A DNA stretch of 64,000 bases from Tepidisphaera sp. (GTDB taxonomy: Bacteria > Planctomycetota > Phycisphaerae > Phycisphaerales > UBA1924), in contig CP051526.1 of assembly GCA_050916045.1 (NCBI GenBank), positions 800,001-864,000 of the forward strand, in the 5' to 3' direction. Positions 12,761 to 22,016 of the stretch are shown here, piece after piece. Position 1 is the first letter of the stretch; every line of letters starts with the position of its first letter. Made by a program: the position numbers and the translations under genes. The notes under the pieces were generated by a model. That model had not been told where the DNA came from, made no database searches, and worked only from the letters and a program-made list of their open reading frames with translations.

Positions 12761-12832
12761 GCCGGATTGTACCGGTGGGGGCGGGGCTTCCGATCCTCTC
12801 CACCGCGGCGTCCGGGCGGAATTGACCGAATG

Positions 12833-12862
12833 AAAACGGGTCCGGGATGCATCCCGGACCCG
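12833..12862 (-). terminator. Intrinsic terminator at the end of the GC-tail gene cluster
   Basis: Perfect 26-bp palindrome CGGGTCCGGGATGCATCCCGGACCCG followed by TTTT on the minus strand. Confidence 0.7.
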
Positions 12863-12891
12863 ATCAGTGGATCTCCAATCCGTCGGGCCGC

Positions 12892-13707
12892 TCAGCAGCC
12901 GGTCTCGAACGCCGTCACGAAGTCGTTGTAATCGAAGAAGTCGACGAAGTCGTCACCGTTGAAGTCCGCCGAGCGGCCGCTCGGGCACGAGCCCGTCTCA
13001 AAGCACGTCACGTAATCGAGGTAGTCAAAGAAGTCCAGGAAGTTGTCACCGTTGAAGTCCGCCGGGCAGCGTTCGATCGTCGTGAGCGTGAGATTGTCGA
13101 TCATCAGGCGCGGCGCGGAGTACCCGTCGCCCCATGTCGCGTACATCTTTAGCGTGTCAAAGCCCACATCGAACGAGACCGCGAGCGTCGCGAATCCGAT
13201 GTTGTCCCGACCGCCGCCGTCAGCGAGGGTGTACGTCGCCGTGTCCACAACCTCCCCGTTCCGCACCGCGTCCAGATGGAAGACGATTCCGCCCCACGGA
13301 CCATTCTCGTAGAACACCATCGACACCTCGGCCGCCGACGCCGGAACATCGAGCGTCATCGTCGCCCGGGCGAAAGCTCCGAGCGAAAGGTTTGGGCCGG
13401 GGACGTACGCCGTGCCGAACGTCAGAGTGTTGGGAGCCGAGCCCCACTGCGGAAAGTCGTCGAAGAGGAACTGCGAGTTCTCGATGATGAAGTTGTTCCC
13501 GATGTCCTCGGGCGTGAAGGTGTCGCCGCCCGGGAAGGACCCGCCCACGTCGTTCACCTCGCTATAGGTGACGCCGTTGTGCGAAAAGACCTGACCGTAG
13601 AAACCCTCGGCCAGACCGTCATAGGTCGAGACGTCCGCCGCGCCTGCGGTAAGGGTGGCCGCGAAAGACCCGGCGAGGAGTCCAGAGAACGCAACAAGAT
13701 TCTTCAT
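12892..13707 (-). CDS. Secreted beta-rich protein with C-terminal GC-type dockerin-like domain
   Basis: Signal peptide MKNLVAFSGLL...AGA; AAGGA RBS; tail CPADFNGDNFLDFFDY...ADFNGDDFVDFFDYNDFVTAFETGC*. Confidence 0.85.
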   Translation of the reverse strand: MKNLVAFSGLLAGSFAATLTAGAADVSTYDGLAEGFYGQVFSHNGVTYSEVNDVGGSFPGGDTFTPEDIGNNFIIENSQFLFDDFPQWGSAPNTLTFGTAYVPGPNLSLGAFARATMTLDVPASAAEVSMVFYENGPWGGIVFHLDAVRNGEVVDTATYTLADGGGRDNIGFATLAVSFDVGFDTLKMYATWGDGYSAPRLMIDNLTLTTIERCPADFNGDNFLDFFDYLDYVTCFETGSCPSGRSADFNGDDFVDFFDYNDFVTAFETGC

Positions 13708-13858
13708 CGACTTGGTCCTTTGTCCCACGAACGAACACGGGTTGAAAGAACGAACTGCTGCATCGTTCCGCGATGAATCGCACCGAACAAGTCATCACGC
13801 AACGCAAAAGAACTTACTCGGGGATTCCGCACCCCAAAGCGGAGCGGACGCCACCTGT

Positions 13859-14962
13859 TCAGCAGCCTGTTTCGAACAGCTCCACGAACGCGTCGTAGTC
13901 GTAGAAGTCCACGAATCCGTCGCCGTTGAAGTCTGGGTCGCGGCCGGGAGGGCACGGCAGGCCCTCGAAGCACTCGACGTACGCGTCGTAGTCGAAGAAA
14001 TCGATGAACCCGTCGAAGTTGAAGTCCGCGACACAGCCCGGCGCGGTGTACGTTCCAAACCCGCCCATGCTCGGCGTGGCGATCGTGCTCTGGAGCGACC
14101 AGGAAGACTGGTCGGTCGTGCGGTACCGGCTGATGCCTCCCTGAAAGTGGCTTCCGACGTACATCTCGGTGTAGTCGGGGCTGAATGCAAGATCGATCGG
14201 GGAGGGCGAACTGATCGTCTGATCGAGCGTGAGGCCGCCCTCGGAACCCAGACGGAACCGGAAGACGGTGTTCGCGTTGATGTCGCCGACGTACACATGC
14301 CGGGCGTCGGGCGCGACGCAGAAGAAGTGCAGATTCGAGCCGCCCGGCACGACCATCGAGGGAAGCTCGGCCACGCCGCTTTCGCCGGTCAACTGGAACG
14401 TGTAAATTCGGTTGCTGAACTGTGTCAGGTACAGGAAATCGCCGTTGGGGTGCACGCTGACGCCGCGGATCCCGCGGCCGCGGGCGAAAGCCCCCATGAA
14501 CACCGGCTGTCCGTTCGCGTCAAATCGGAAGCGGAAGACGCCGTCGAAGACCGTCGCGACAAAGAGCTGATCGCGCGTCGCGTCGTACGCGATCTCGTGC
14601 ACGCCCACCATCCCGGGCGCGGTGAAGTTCTGCACGAACGTCGTCGTCGAACCGTCCGGCGAGAGCGTGAACCGCGAGATGCTCCCCAGACCCAGAATGT
14701 TGCCGTGCCGGTTGCCCACAAACAGGTCCGAAGCCGAGCGGAACGCGATACCGGCCGGATCGAACACCTCGCTTGTGGGAATGCTCGGAAGCCCGAAGGT
14801 GCTGCCGCCCGGGCCGTTCACGCCCACGCGGAGCGTCGGCTGCCAGTTCGCCGGGTTGCTGCTGGAGCCGGGCGGCGAGACCGTGACGATCAACTGGAAC
14901 GGCTGTGCGATCGCCGCGGAACCGGCACCGAGAGCCACCAATGCAACAACGCTCTTCAACAT
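13859..14962 (-). CDS. Secreted beta-propeller (lactonase/YVTN-like) protein with GC-type dockerin-like tail
   Basis: GGAGGA RBS, signal peptide, blade repeats (HPNGDFLY, APDARHVYVG, FSPDYTEMYVG); tail ends LFETGC*. Confidence 0.85.
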   Translation of the reverse strand: MLKSVVALVALGAGSAAIAQPFQLIVTVSPPGSSSNPANWQPTLRVGVNGPGGSTFGLPSIPTSEVFDPAGIAFRSASDLFVGNRHGNILGLGSISRFTLSPDGSTTTFVQNFTAPGMVGVHEIAYDATRDQLFVATVFDGVFRFRFDANGQPVFMGAFARGRGIRGVSVHPNGDFLYLTQFSNRIYTFQLTGESGVAELPSMVVPGGSNLHFFCVAPDARHVYVGDINANTVFRFRLGSEGGLTLDQTISSPSPIDLAFSPDYTEMYVGSHFQGGISRYRTTDQSSWSLQSTIATPSMGGFGTYTAPGCVADFNFDGFIDFFDYDAYVECFEGLPCPPGRDPDFNGDGFVDFYDYDAFVELFETGC

Positions 14963-15132
14963 GGAATCCTCCTCCGCCGGCTCCGTGTGGGGCAATCGAC
15001 CCATGATTCTACCGCGACCAGCGTCGGGCCACCCCCTCGGATCTCCGATGGCAGGTCCGAAATCCGTTATGAGACGCAGGATGCTCGTCGAGGATCACTG
15101 CTGCCCTAAGCGGACGGAGATGCCCACGCAGC

Positions 15133-15160
15133 AAAGCCCCGGCTGATGGGCCGAGGCTTT
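15133..15160 (-). terminator. Probable intrinsic terminator
   Basis: AAAGCCCCGGC...GCCGAGGCTTT hairpin just downstream of the large adhesin-like gene. Confidence 0.55.
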
Positions 15161-15187
15161 CCTTGCTTGGAACCGTTCTGACGTGGA

Positions 15188-18100
15188 TCAGCACCCGCTC
15201 TCGAACGCCTGAACGAACGCGTCATAGTCGAAGAAGTCCACGAACCCGTCGCGGTTGAAGTCCGCGCTCGTCCCCTCGGGGCAGTTGCCGGTCTCGAAGC
15301 AGTTCACGTAGTCGTCGTAGTCGAAGAAGTCCGGGAACCCGTCGCCGTTGTAGTCGCTCGGGACGTACGAGATCACCACGCTCGTCGGGTTGTAGATCAC
15401 CGAGATGAACCCGAGCTCGACGGGCGGAGTGTTGACGGTCGCGAAGCGGCCCGTGATCGAGGAGCCCGTCATGATGGTGATGGTCTGGCACTGGCCGAGC
15501 TGGAACCCGGGCCGGTAGGAGAGGTTGAGCGTTCCGCCAAGCACCTTGGCGCCCGCGCCCCCGACCATATCCGATTGGCCGGCGGCGGTGCCGCCGAGTT
15601 CGATATCGAGCGAGCCCTCGGCCGCCTGCGTGTACGTGCCGGTTGCCTGCGCGAGCATGCCGACCGTGTTGTTCCCCGGGCTGAGGATGCCCCGGTTGGT
15701 GATGTTTCCGTAGATGTTGCCCGTGCCCGCGACGGTGTGACCGGCGGCGTTGGTCGCGCTCCCGGAGGGCACGAACAGGTACGCGCGGTCCAGCACCCCC
15801 AAGGTCGCATTCAGGACTGTTCTTCCCATCCCGCCGAGCGTCGTGCCGTTCGCGAATGAGATGATGGTCGCGCTTCCGCCTGAGTTCGCGTTGACCGTCA
15901 GAACGCCATTGTTCAGCACGTTCCCGCTCACGCTGAGCTGGGTGTTGTTGTCGACATCGAACCGTCCGATGATCGTGGCCCCGCTCAGCGTGTTCACGCC
16001 GCTCACGGAGGCGACGCGGCTGCCCCCGAGGCCCGAGACGGTTCCGCCCTGGATGGTGGAGCTTGTGAGCACGACGTTGCCGCCGGAGGCGATCACGCGT
16101 CCGTTCGCGGACTGCGCGACGGTCCTCGTGGAAAGGGCGATGTCGCCCGCGACGGCTTCGATGAGCGCGTTGTTGGTGACGGTTCCCGAGGTGAGGAGCA
16201 GGGTCCTGCCCGTCAGGTTCGCGCGGACCGTCCCGTCGTTGACGAAGTTGTAGTAGATCGCGCCGCTCCCCGAGATCGTGTGCGAGGAGCCGTTGGTGAA
16301 TCCCGCGGTCCCGTTGGGAGCGTAAAGCTGCGCCCGGTCCAGCACGTTGCTCGTCGCGTTCATCGCGATCGTCCCGTTGCCCGAGAAGACCGCTCCGCTC
16401 GCGGGCTGAATCGAGGTGACGCTCCCGCCCCCGTTTGAGTTCACCGTGATCGTGCTCTGGTTGCTGAGTCCGGTCGGCACCGCGACGGAAGAGCCGTTCA
16501 CGATGTCGAGCGGCCCGAGGACGTTGATGGCGTCAACGGTGTTCGCTCCTGCGGCCGCGACGATCCTGCCGCCCCCGCTCGCGAGGGCGGTCCCGTTCCG
16601 AAGGATGGCCGTCGAAAGCACGATGTTCCCGCCGACGCCCGCGGTCACCTGGCCCCCGGCGGTCTGATTCACTGTGTGGCTTGTGAAGTAGACGTCGCCC
16701 GCGACGGCTTCGATCAGGCCGCTATTGGTCGTCGTGCCGCCCGTGAACTGCAGGATCTGCCCTGTCAGTCCCGAACGGATCGTGCCGTTGTTCGTCGAGT
16801 TGTAGTAGATGTTGCCGGATCCGCGGATCAGGTGCCCCGCCGCGTTGATGAACCCCGCCGAGCCGGGGGGAGCGTAAAGCTGAGCACGATCAAGTACGTT
16901 CGAAGTCGCGTTGAGAAGGATTTCTCCGCTTCCCGAGAACGTGGCGCCCGACGTGGGGCGGAGCGACGTCGCGTTTCCACCCGCCGTCGAGTTCACCGTC
17001 AGCGTCCCCGTGTGCGTCAGGGAGCCCGCCACCACGAGGGAGGTGTTGTTCTGCACGTCGAGCGGGCCGTTGACGGTCACCGTGCTGAGGGTCTGCGTGC
17101 CGCTTGCCCCGATGATGCGGCTCGGAAGCGTCGCGTTCATCGTCCCGCCCGCGACCGAGACGTTCGTCAGCACCACGTTGCCGCCCCCGGTCGCGCGGAT
17201 CAGCCCGCCCGGGGTCTGGTTCACCGTCGCGGAGGTGAGCGCGAGGTTGCCGCCATCGGAGGCTTCGATCGTGCCCGAGTTGGTGATCACGCCGTCGCGC
17301 ATCTGCAGCGTGTCGCCGGCAGAATCACTGCGGACCGTTCCGCCGTTGTTGAGCCGGTAGTAGACGTTGCCGCGCCCGCGGATCGTGTGCCCGAGGCTGT
17401 TGGTGACCCCCGAGGGGCCGTTGGGCGAAGAGATGTACGCGCGGTCAAGGACGTTCGACGTCGCGTTGAGGACGATCTCTCCCGTTCCGGTGATGGCCTG
17501 GCCGTCGGCGAAGCTGAGATTGGTCAGACTGCCGCCGGCGTTTGAGTTCACCGTGATCGTGCCGTTGTTGGCGATGCCGGTCGGGAGAGAGAGCGTGTTG
17601 TTGTTCTGGACCGTCATCGGGCCGGTGAGGGCGACGCCGTTCAGGGTCGCGCTCCCGCCCGTCACGTTGATCACGCCGCCGTTGAGCGCGCTCATCGTGC
17701 CGCTGATGATGTTCGTTCCCGCGATGAGGTTCACGGTTCCGCCGTCGGCCTGGATGACGCCTCCGCCGGACTGGTTGATCGATCCGCCGCTGATCTGCAG
17801 GATCGCGCCGTTGGTCGCTCGCATGAAGTTGTTGTTGACCTTCGCGCCGCTGAGCGTCTGCAGCACCTCGCCGGTCTCATCCGCGACGATGAACCCGTTG
17901 TTGGTCATCGCGTTGTAGATGTTCCCGCGGCCGCGGATCGTGTGGCCGCCGCCATTGGAGAATCCGCCGTTGCTCGTCAGGTACGCGCGATCGAGCACGC
18001 CGCTGGTTCCGTTCAGCCGGATCGCCCCCGCCCCCGAGAGCGTCGCGCCGCCGGTGAAGTTGATGAATGTCGCGTTCCCGCCGCCGTTGGCGTTCACCAC

Positions 18101-18405
18101 CACCACGCCCTGATTGGAGAAGGACGCCCCGGCGATGTTGAGCGCCGCGGTGTTGTTGATGTTGAGCGTGGTCCCGCTCACGCCGAGAAAGTCCCCGATC
18201 GTGACCCCCGTCGTCAGGTTGACCGCGTACGGCGTGCTGAGGTTCACCAGCGCCGCCGATTCGCCCACCGTGTCCGGAATGTTGTTACTCAGCCAGTTGG
18301 AGGCGACATGCCAAGTCCCCCCGACGGGTTGTTCCATTGCTGGACCTGCCCCAGAGCGCCTCCCGCCGTACCCGCCGCAAGCATCAAAGCCAGTCCACGC
18401 TTCAT
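15188..18405 (-). pseudogene. Large beta-helical repeat (adhesin-like) protein with GC-type dockerin-like tail; frameshifted in a G6 run just after the signal peptide (real frameshift or sequencing error)
   Basis: CAGGAGG RBS and ATG 18405 give MKRGLALMLAAGTAGGALGQVQQWNNPSG, which is out of frame with GTWHVASNW... Adding one G to the run at 18317-18322 fuses the frames. Five ~183-aa repeats (LNATSNVLDRA); tail ends AFESGC*. Confidence 0.8.
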
Positions 18406-18593
18406 GTCCGCCTCCTGTTGGATCCCACACGAGAAGGGATTATAACGTCGGGGCAGTGCATTCTGTATGAAATTGTGTAAAGAGCGCCCGCCGGATGATG
18501 AATTCGCCCAGACTCGGTCGTGGCAGAGCGTGAATGCCGGGTGTTTCATCGGGCGGATCGACCCGCCGGATCCCCGCGGGTCCGATATCAGCG

Positions 18594-18624
18594 AAAAGAG
18601 CCCCGGCACGACGGCCGGGGCTCT
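18594..18624 (-). terminator. Intrinsic terminator
   Basis: AGAGCCCCGGC-ACGACG-GCCGGGGCTCT followed by TTTT on the minus strand. Confidence 0.75.
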
Positions 18625-18644
18625 CTCTGGCAGCTTGTGAGGAC

Positions 18645-20441
18645 TTAGCAACCTTCTTCGAACGCCTGCACGAAAGCGTCATAGTCGAAGAAGTCCACGA
18701 ACGCGTCGCTTGTGAAGTCGGCGGTCTTGCCCGCAGGGCACGTCCCGGTCTCGAAGCAGTTCACGTAATCGTCGTAGTCGAAGAAGTCCAGGAAGCCATC
18801 CCCGTTGAAGTCCGCCGGGCAGTCGTACGAGACGGTCAGGACGAACCCGCCGTTCGCGCCGTTGTACCCGGAGCAGCGGATCCAGTACGTGGTGCCGGGC
18901 ACGGTGTCGAACTCGATGCGCGAGTCCCGGATGCCGCCGGCCATGTCGTCGTTGCAGACGATGGCGAAGGAGTCCCAGCCGCGCGGCTCCTGATCGTGAG
19001 CCGAGAGCACACAGTCGTACTCGCCGTCGAGCAGAGCAGTCACGCGGCTTGCGCGGTCGGCGGTGAACTTGTACCAGACGTCCGGAGTTTCCTTGGACGA
19101 GCCACAGATGTCCGCGCCCATGTTCTGGGAGTTGGAGGTCGCGAAGGTCGTGCAGCCGGTCACGCTCGCGGGAAGTGCGAGTTCAGGAGCGTCGTCGAAG
19201 GTGTCCGCGGCGGACTGCGCCGTCGCCGCGAACACCGTCACGCCGCCCGTCTGTCCGTCGGCTCCCGCCACGCGGCGAGCGTCGCCGACGATCACGTCCC
19301 GCTCGTGAAGGGCGAGTCCGGTTCCGAAGAACGCCGAGCCGGACGCGGCTTGGGGCCGGATCACGCGGCCGTTGTCAAGATCAAACGCCGAAGCGCTCTC
19401 GGGAATCGTGAACTCGACGACTCGGCCGCCGCTGGCGGAGGCTCCGACGACGTGACTGCCCGCGATTGCAACCTCGGTGCCGAACCTCTCGTTGGCGGAA
19501 GCGGGGTAGGGTGAGCCGCTCGTCCAGTAGGTCAGCGAGTTGTTGGCTTCCCGCTTGGCCACCGCGATCGAGCCGGAGTTGTCCGCACCCCAGCCCCAAG
19601 CGCCGGGCACGCCGAAAGCGATCCACTGGCCGTCGATCGCGACCGACTTGCCCACCTCGAGGCCCGGACCCCAGCCCTGCGAGACCTTGCCGCCCTGCGG
19701 AAGAGCGTAACTGCCGCCGCTGGGAACAAAGAGGAAGCACGCGCCATTGCCGGGAATCGTGTCGTTGCCGACGGTCCAGTCAAAGCCCGGAGCGCCGACG
19801 ACCAGAGCCCCGTCGCTTCCGAGCGCGACGTCGTAGCCGAAGTTGTCCCCCGCGCTGGAGTCGAACGTCGGGTTCACGATGCTCACGTGGAACTGCCAGA
19901 CCCCGTTGACCTTGCGGTACATGTACACCCCGCCCATCTCCTGACGATTGGCGTCGGGGCTGTGGTTCGGGGCGCCCACCGCGATGCGGCTGCCGTTCAC
20001 ATCGACCGAGAAACCGAAGCTGCTGGGGTAACCGCCGGGGGGCGCGGGGAGCACGCCGCCCGGGTACCAGAATCCGTCCGCCCGACGCTCCATGATGAAG
20101 ACCGTGTCGTTCTCGGCGGAAATCACCATCGGGATGCCGTCGGTCGCGACCGCGTGCCCGAAGAAGTTGTATCCGGTCGTGGGAGCCTGGAAGCGGCTGT
20201 AATACTGCCACTGCTGGCCGACCTTCTGCCAGACATAGACCGAGCCGGCCGACGGGCCCCGCATGTTGTCGTCCTGGTGCGCGCCGATCGCAAGCCAGTT
20301 GTTCTTCGCCGAGACCGCGTACCCGAACGAGTCGAACTCCTGCCGGTCCGGAGCCAGAAGCAACTGCGAATCGCACTGACCAAACGCCGTGCCGCTCACG
20401 GCAATCAGGGAAAGCACAGTCAAAGCGGGCGAGATCTTCAT
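18645..20441 (-). CDS. Secreted FG-GAP repeat (integrin-like propeller) protein with GC-type dockerin-like tail
   Basis: Signal peptide MKISPALTV...AFG; FGYAVS..LAIGAHQDD, FGFSVD..AVGAP and FGYDVA..VVGAPG repeats; DVWYKFT/CNDD domain; tail ends AFEEGC*. Confidence 0.88.
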   Translation of the reverse strand: MKISPALTVLSLIAVSGTAFGQCDSQLLLAPDRQEFDSFGYAVSAKNNWLAIGAHQDDNMRGPSAGSVYVWQKVGQQWQYYSRFQAPTTGYNFFGHAVATDGIPMVISAENDTVFIMERRADGFWYPGGVLPAPPGGYPSSFGFSVDVNGSRIAVGAPNHSPDANRQEMGGVYMYRKVNGVWQFHVSIVNPTFDSSAGDNFGYDVALGSDGALVVGAPGFDWTVGNDTIPGNGACFLFVPSGGSYALPQGGKVSQGWGPGLEVGKSVAIDGQWIAFGVPGAWGWGADNSGSIAVAKREANNSLTYWTSGSPYPASANERFGTEVAIAGSHVVGASASGGRVVEFTIPESASAFDLDNGRVIRPQAASGSAFFGTGLALHERDVIVGDARRVAGADGQTGGVTVFAATAQSAADTFDDAPELALPASVTGCTTFATSNSQNMGADICGSSKETPDVWYKFTADRASRVTALLDGEYDCVLSAHDQEPRGWDSFAIVCNDDMAGGIRDSRIEFDTVPGTTYWIRCSGYNGANGGFVLTVSYDCPADFNGDGFLDFFDYDDYVNCFETGTCPAGKTADFTSDAFVDFFDYDAFVQAFEEGC

Positions 20442-20584
20442 GATCGAACTCCATCGAGGGTGAATCGGGCGCGGCATCGCCGTCGGGCACATCGCCCGCC
20501 AAGCTCACGCACGCCGTTTAAGAGCCCGCATGTTCACGCGGGCACCCTCAATGCGACTGGACCACGTCCGGAGGCTAATCGCCG

Positions 20585-21700
20585 TCAGCAGCCCGTCTCG
20601 ATCAGGAAGACGAATCGGTCGTAATCAAAGAAGTCCAGGAACCCGTCCCGGTTGACGTCCGCGCGGGGAAGTCCGCGTTCGTAGGATTCGACATACAGGT
20701 CGTAGTCGAAGAAATCCACGAATCCGTCGCGGTTAAAGTCCGCAGCGCACGGCGGAATCGGGTCTAGGACCCGGTCGAAGAACTCGATCGCCGCCGTGTT
20801 CTCCGTCCCCGGCAGTCCGTGTCCCGCGCCGGGGACAAGCCTCAGCTCCGAGGGGACGCCCGCGGCTTGGAGAGCCGCGTGAAGGAGTTCGCTGTGCTCC
20901 GGCGGCACGGTCGTATCTTCCGTCCCGTGCGCGATATGGAACGCCGGGTCGTCCGTCGAAACGTGAGTCACGGGCCCGGCCAAGCGGGCCAGAGCGACCT
21001 TCTCCGGCCATGGCGGCGACGGATTGTCGATGTTCTCCTGGATATCGCCCAGACACGCCCCGAGCAGGCGGGCTTCGGCTGTTTCGGGCACGCACGGGGT
21101 ATGCCAGCCTTCAACGTTCAGGAAATCAGCCGGACCGAAGAAGTCCGCGACCGCGTTCACCCGGCTTGATTGGGCAAGGTTCCCGCCGACCGTCCCTTCC
21201 GCGTCCGCCACACCCGCCGAGGTGCCAAGCAACGCGACAAGGTGTCCGCCCGCCGACGAGCCCCAGACGCCGACCCGACGCGTGTCGATCTGGAACTGGC
21301 CGGCTCTCGAACGCAGGAACCTGATCGCTCCCTTGCAGTCGTGGATCTGGGCAGGAAAGATCGCATCCTGGCTGTACCGATAGTTGATGGAAGCCACCAC
21401 GAACCCTCGGTTGAGAAGCTCGCTGACCTTGTTCCCGTTCGTCGCCGTGGCTTTGTCGCCGCCGGTCCAGCCGCCGCCGTGGATCCAGACGACGACCGGC
21501 TTGGGACCCGCCGGTGCTGCGGGAACCCACACGTCAAGCACCTGCCGGGGGTGCTCGGTCGCGTAGGGCACATCGCGGAACGTGGGTGTCTGACCCCACG
21601 CAGGAGCCGCGAAGGCGGAAAGGGCGAGCAAGGTGCCCCCCACGGTGAACGGACACGCGACCAAACCGTGATTCTTCGTAGCGGTGTGCTTCTGGTGCAT
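20585..21700 (-). CDS. Secreted alpha/beta hydrolase (HSL/BD-FAE-like esterase) with GC-type dockerin-like tail
   Basis: HGGGW oxyanion motif, GSSAGG nucleophile, HGTED and GAGHG; tail ends LIETGC*. Confidence 0.88.
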   Translation of the reverse strand: MHQKHTATKNHGLVACPFTVGGTLLALSAFAAPAWGQTPTFRDVPYATEHPRQVLDVWVPAAPAGPKPVVVWIHGGGWTGGDKATATNGNKVSELLNRGFVVASINYRYSQDAIFPAQIHDCKGAIRFLRSRAGQFQIDTRRVGVWGSSAGGHLVALLGTSAGVADAEGTVGGNLAQSSRVNAVADFFGPADFLNVEGWHTPCVPETAEARLLGACLGDIQENIDNPSPPWPEKVALARLAGPVTHVSTDDPAFHIAHGTEDTTVPPEHSELLHAALQAAGVPSELRLVPGAGHGLPGTENTAAIEFFDRVLDPIPPCAADFNRDGFVDFFDYDLYVESYERGLPRADVNRDGFLDFFDYDRFVFLIETGC

Positions 21701-22016
21701 CGGGATCCTCCGATCGCGGAACGCCCAACCCTCTCCCGCAATGCAAGGCCGGAGGCGCTTTCCAATCGCCCGCGGGAGCCTGGTCCGGCCGGGGTGCCCA
21801 TTCCTGCAGCTCCAAGCCCAAGCCCTCCGAAGCCCTGCCGTGGTTCCGGCCCGGCCCCCACCCGCACAGCACCCGCCCGAACCCCCCGACCGCACGCCTT
21901 TGCCGTCCGGATCTGCTAACCTACGGACCCGTCGGATCCTCGGGACGGACGGTCGTCGCAGGGGATTCGGTTTGGGGGAGCTCGCCTCCGGATACGCAAC
22001 CACAAAGGTGAACAGA

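Noticed and set aside
18406..18430. ORF-track start at 18430 for the adhesin-like gene
   Set aside because: It gives no signal peptide or RBS; the true start appears to be 18405 in another frame, joined by a frameshift
12892..21700. Repeated tails as template/variable repeats of a diversity-generating retroelement
   Set aside because: No reverse transcriptase is present, all copies are in-frame coding C-termini, and differences are not adenine-specific
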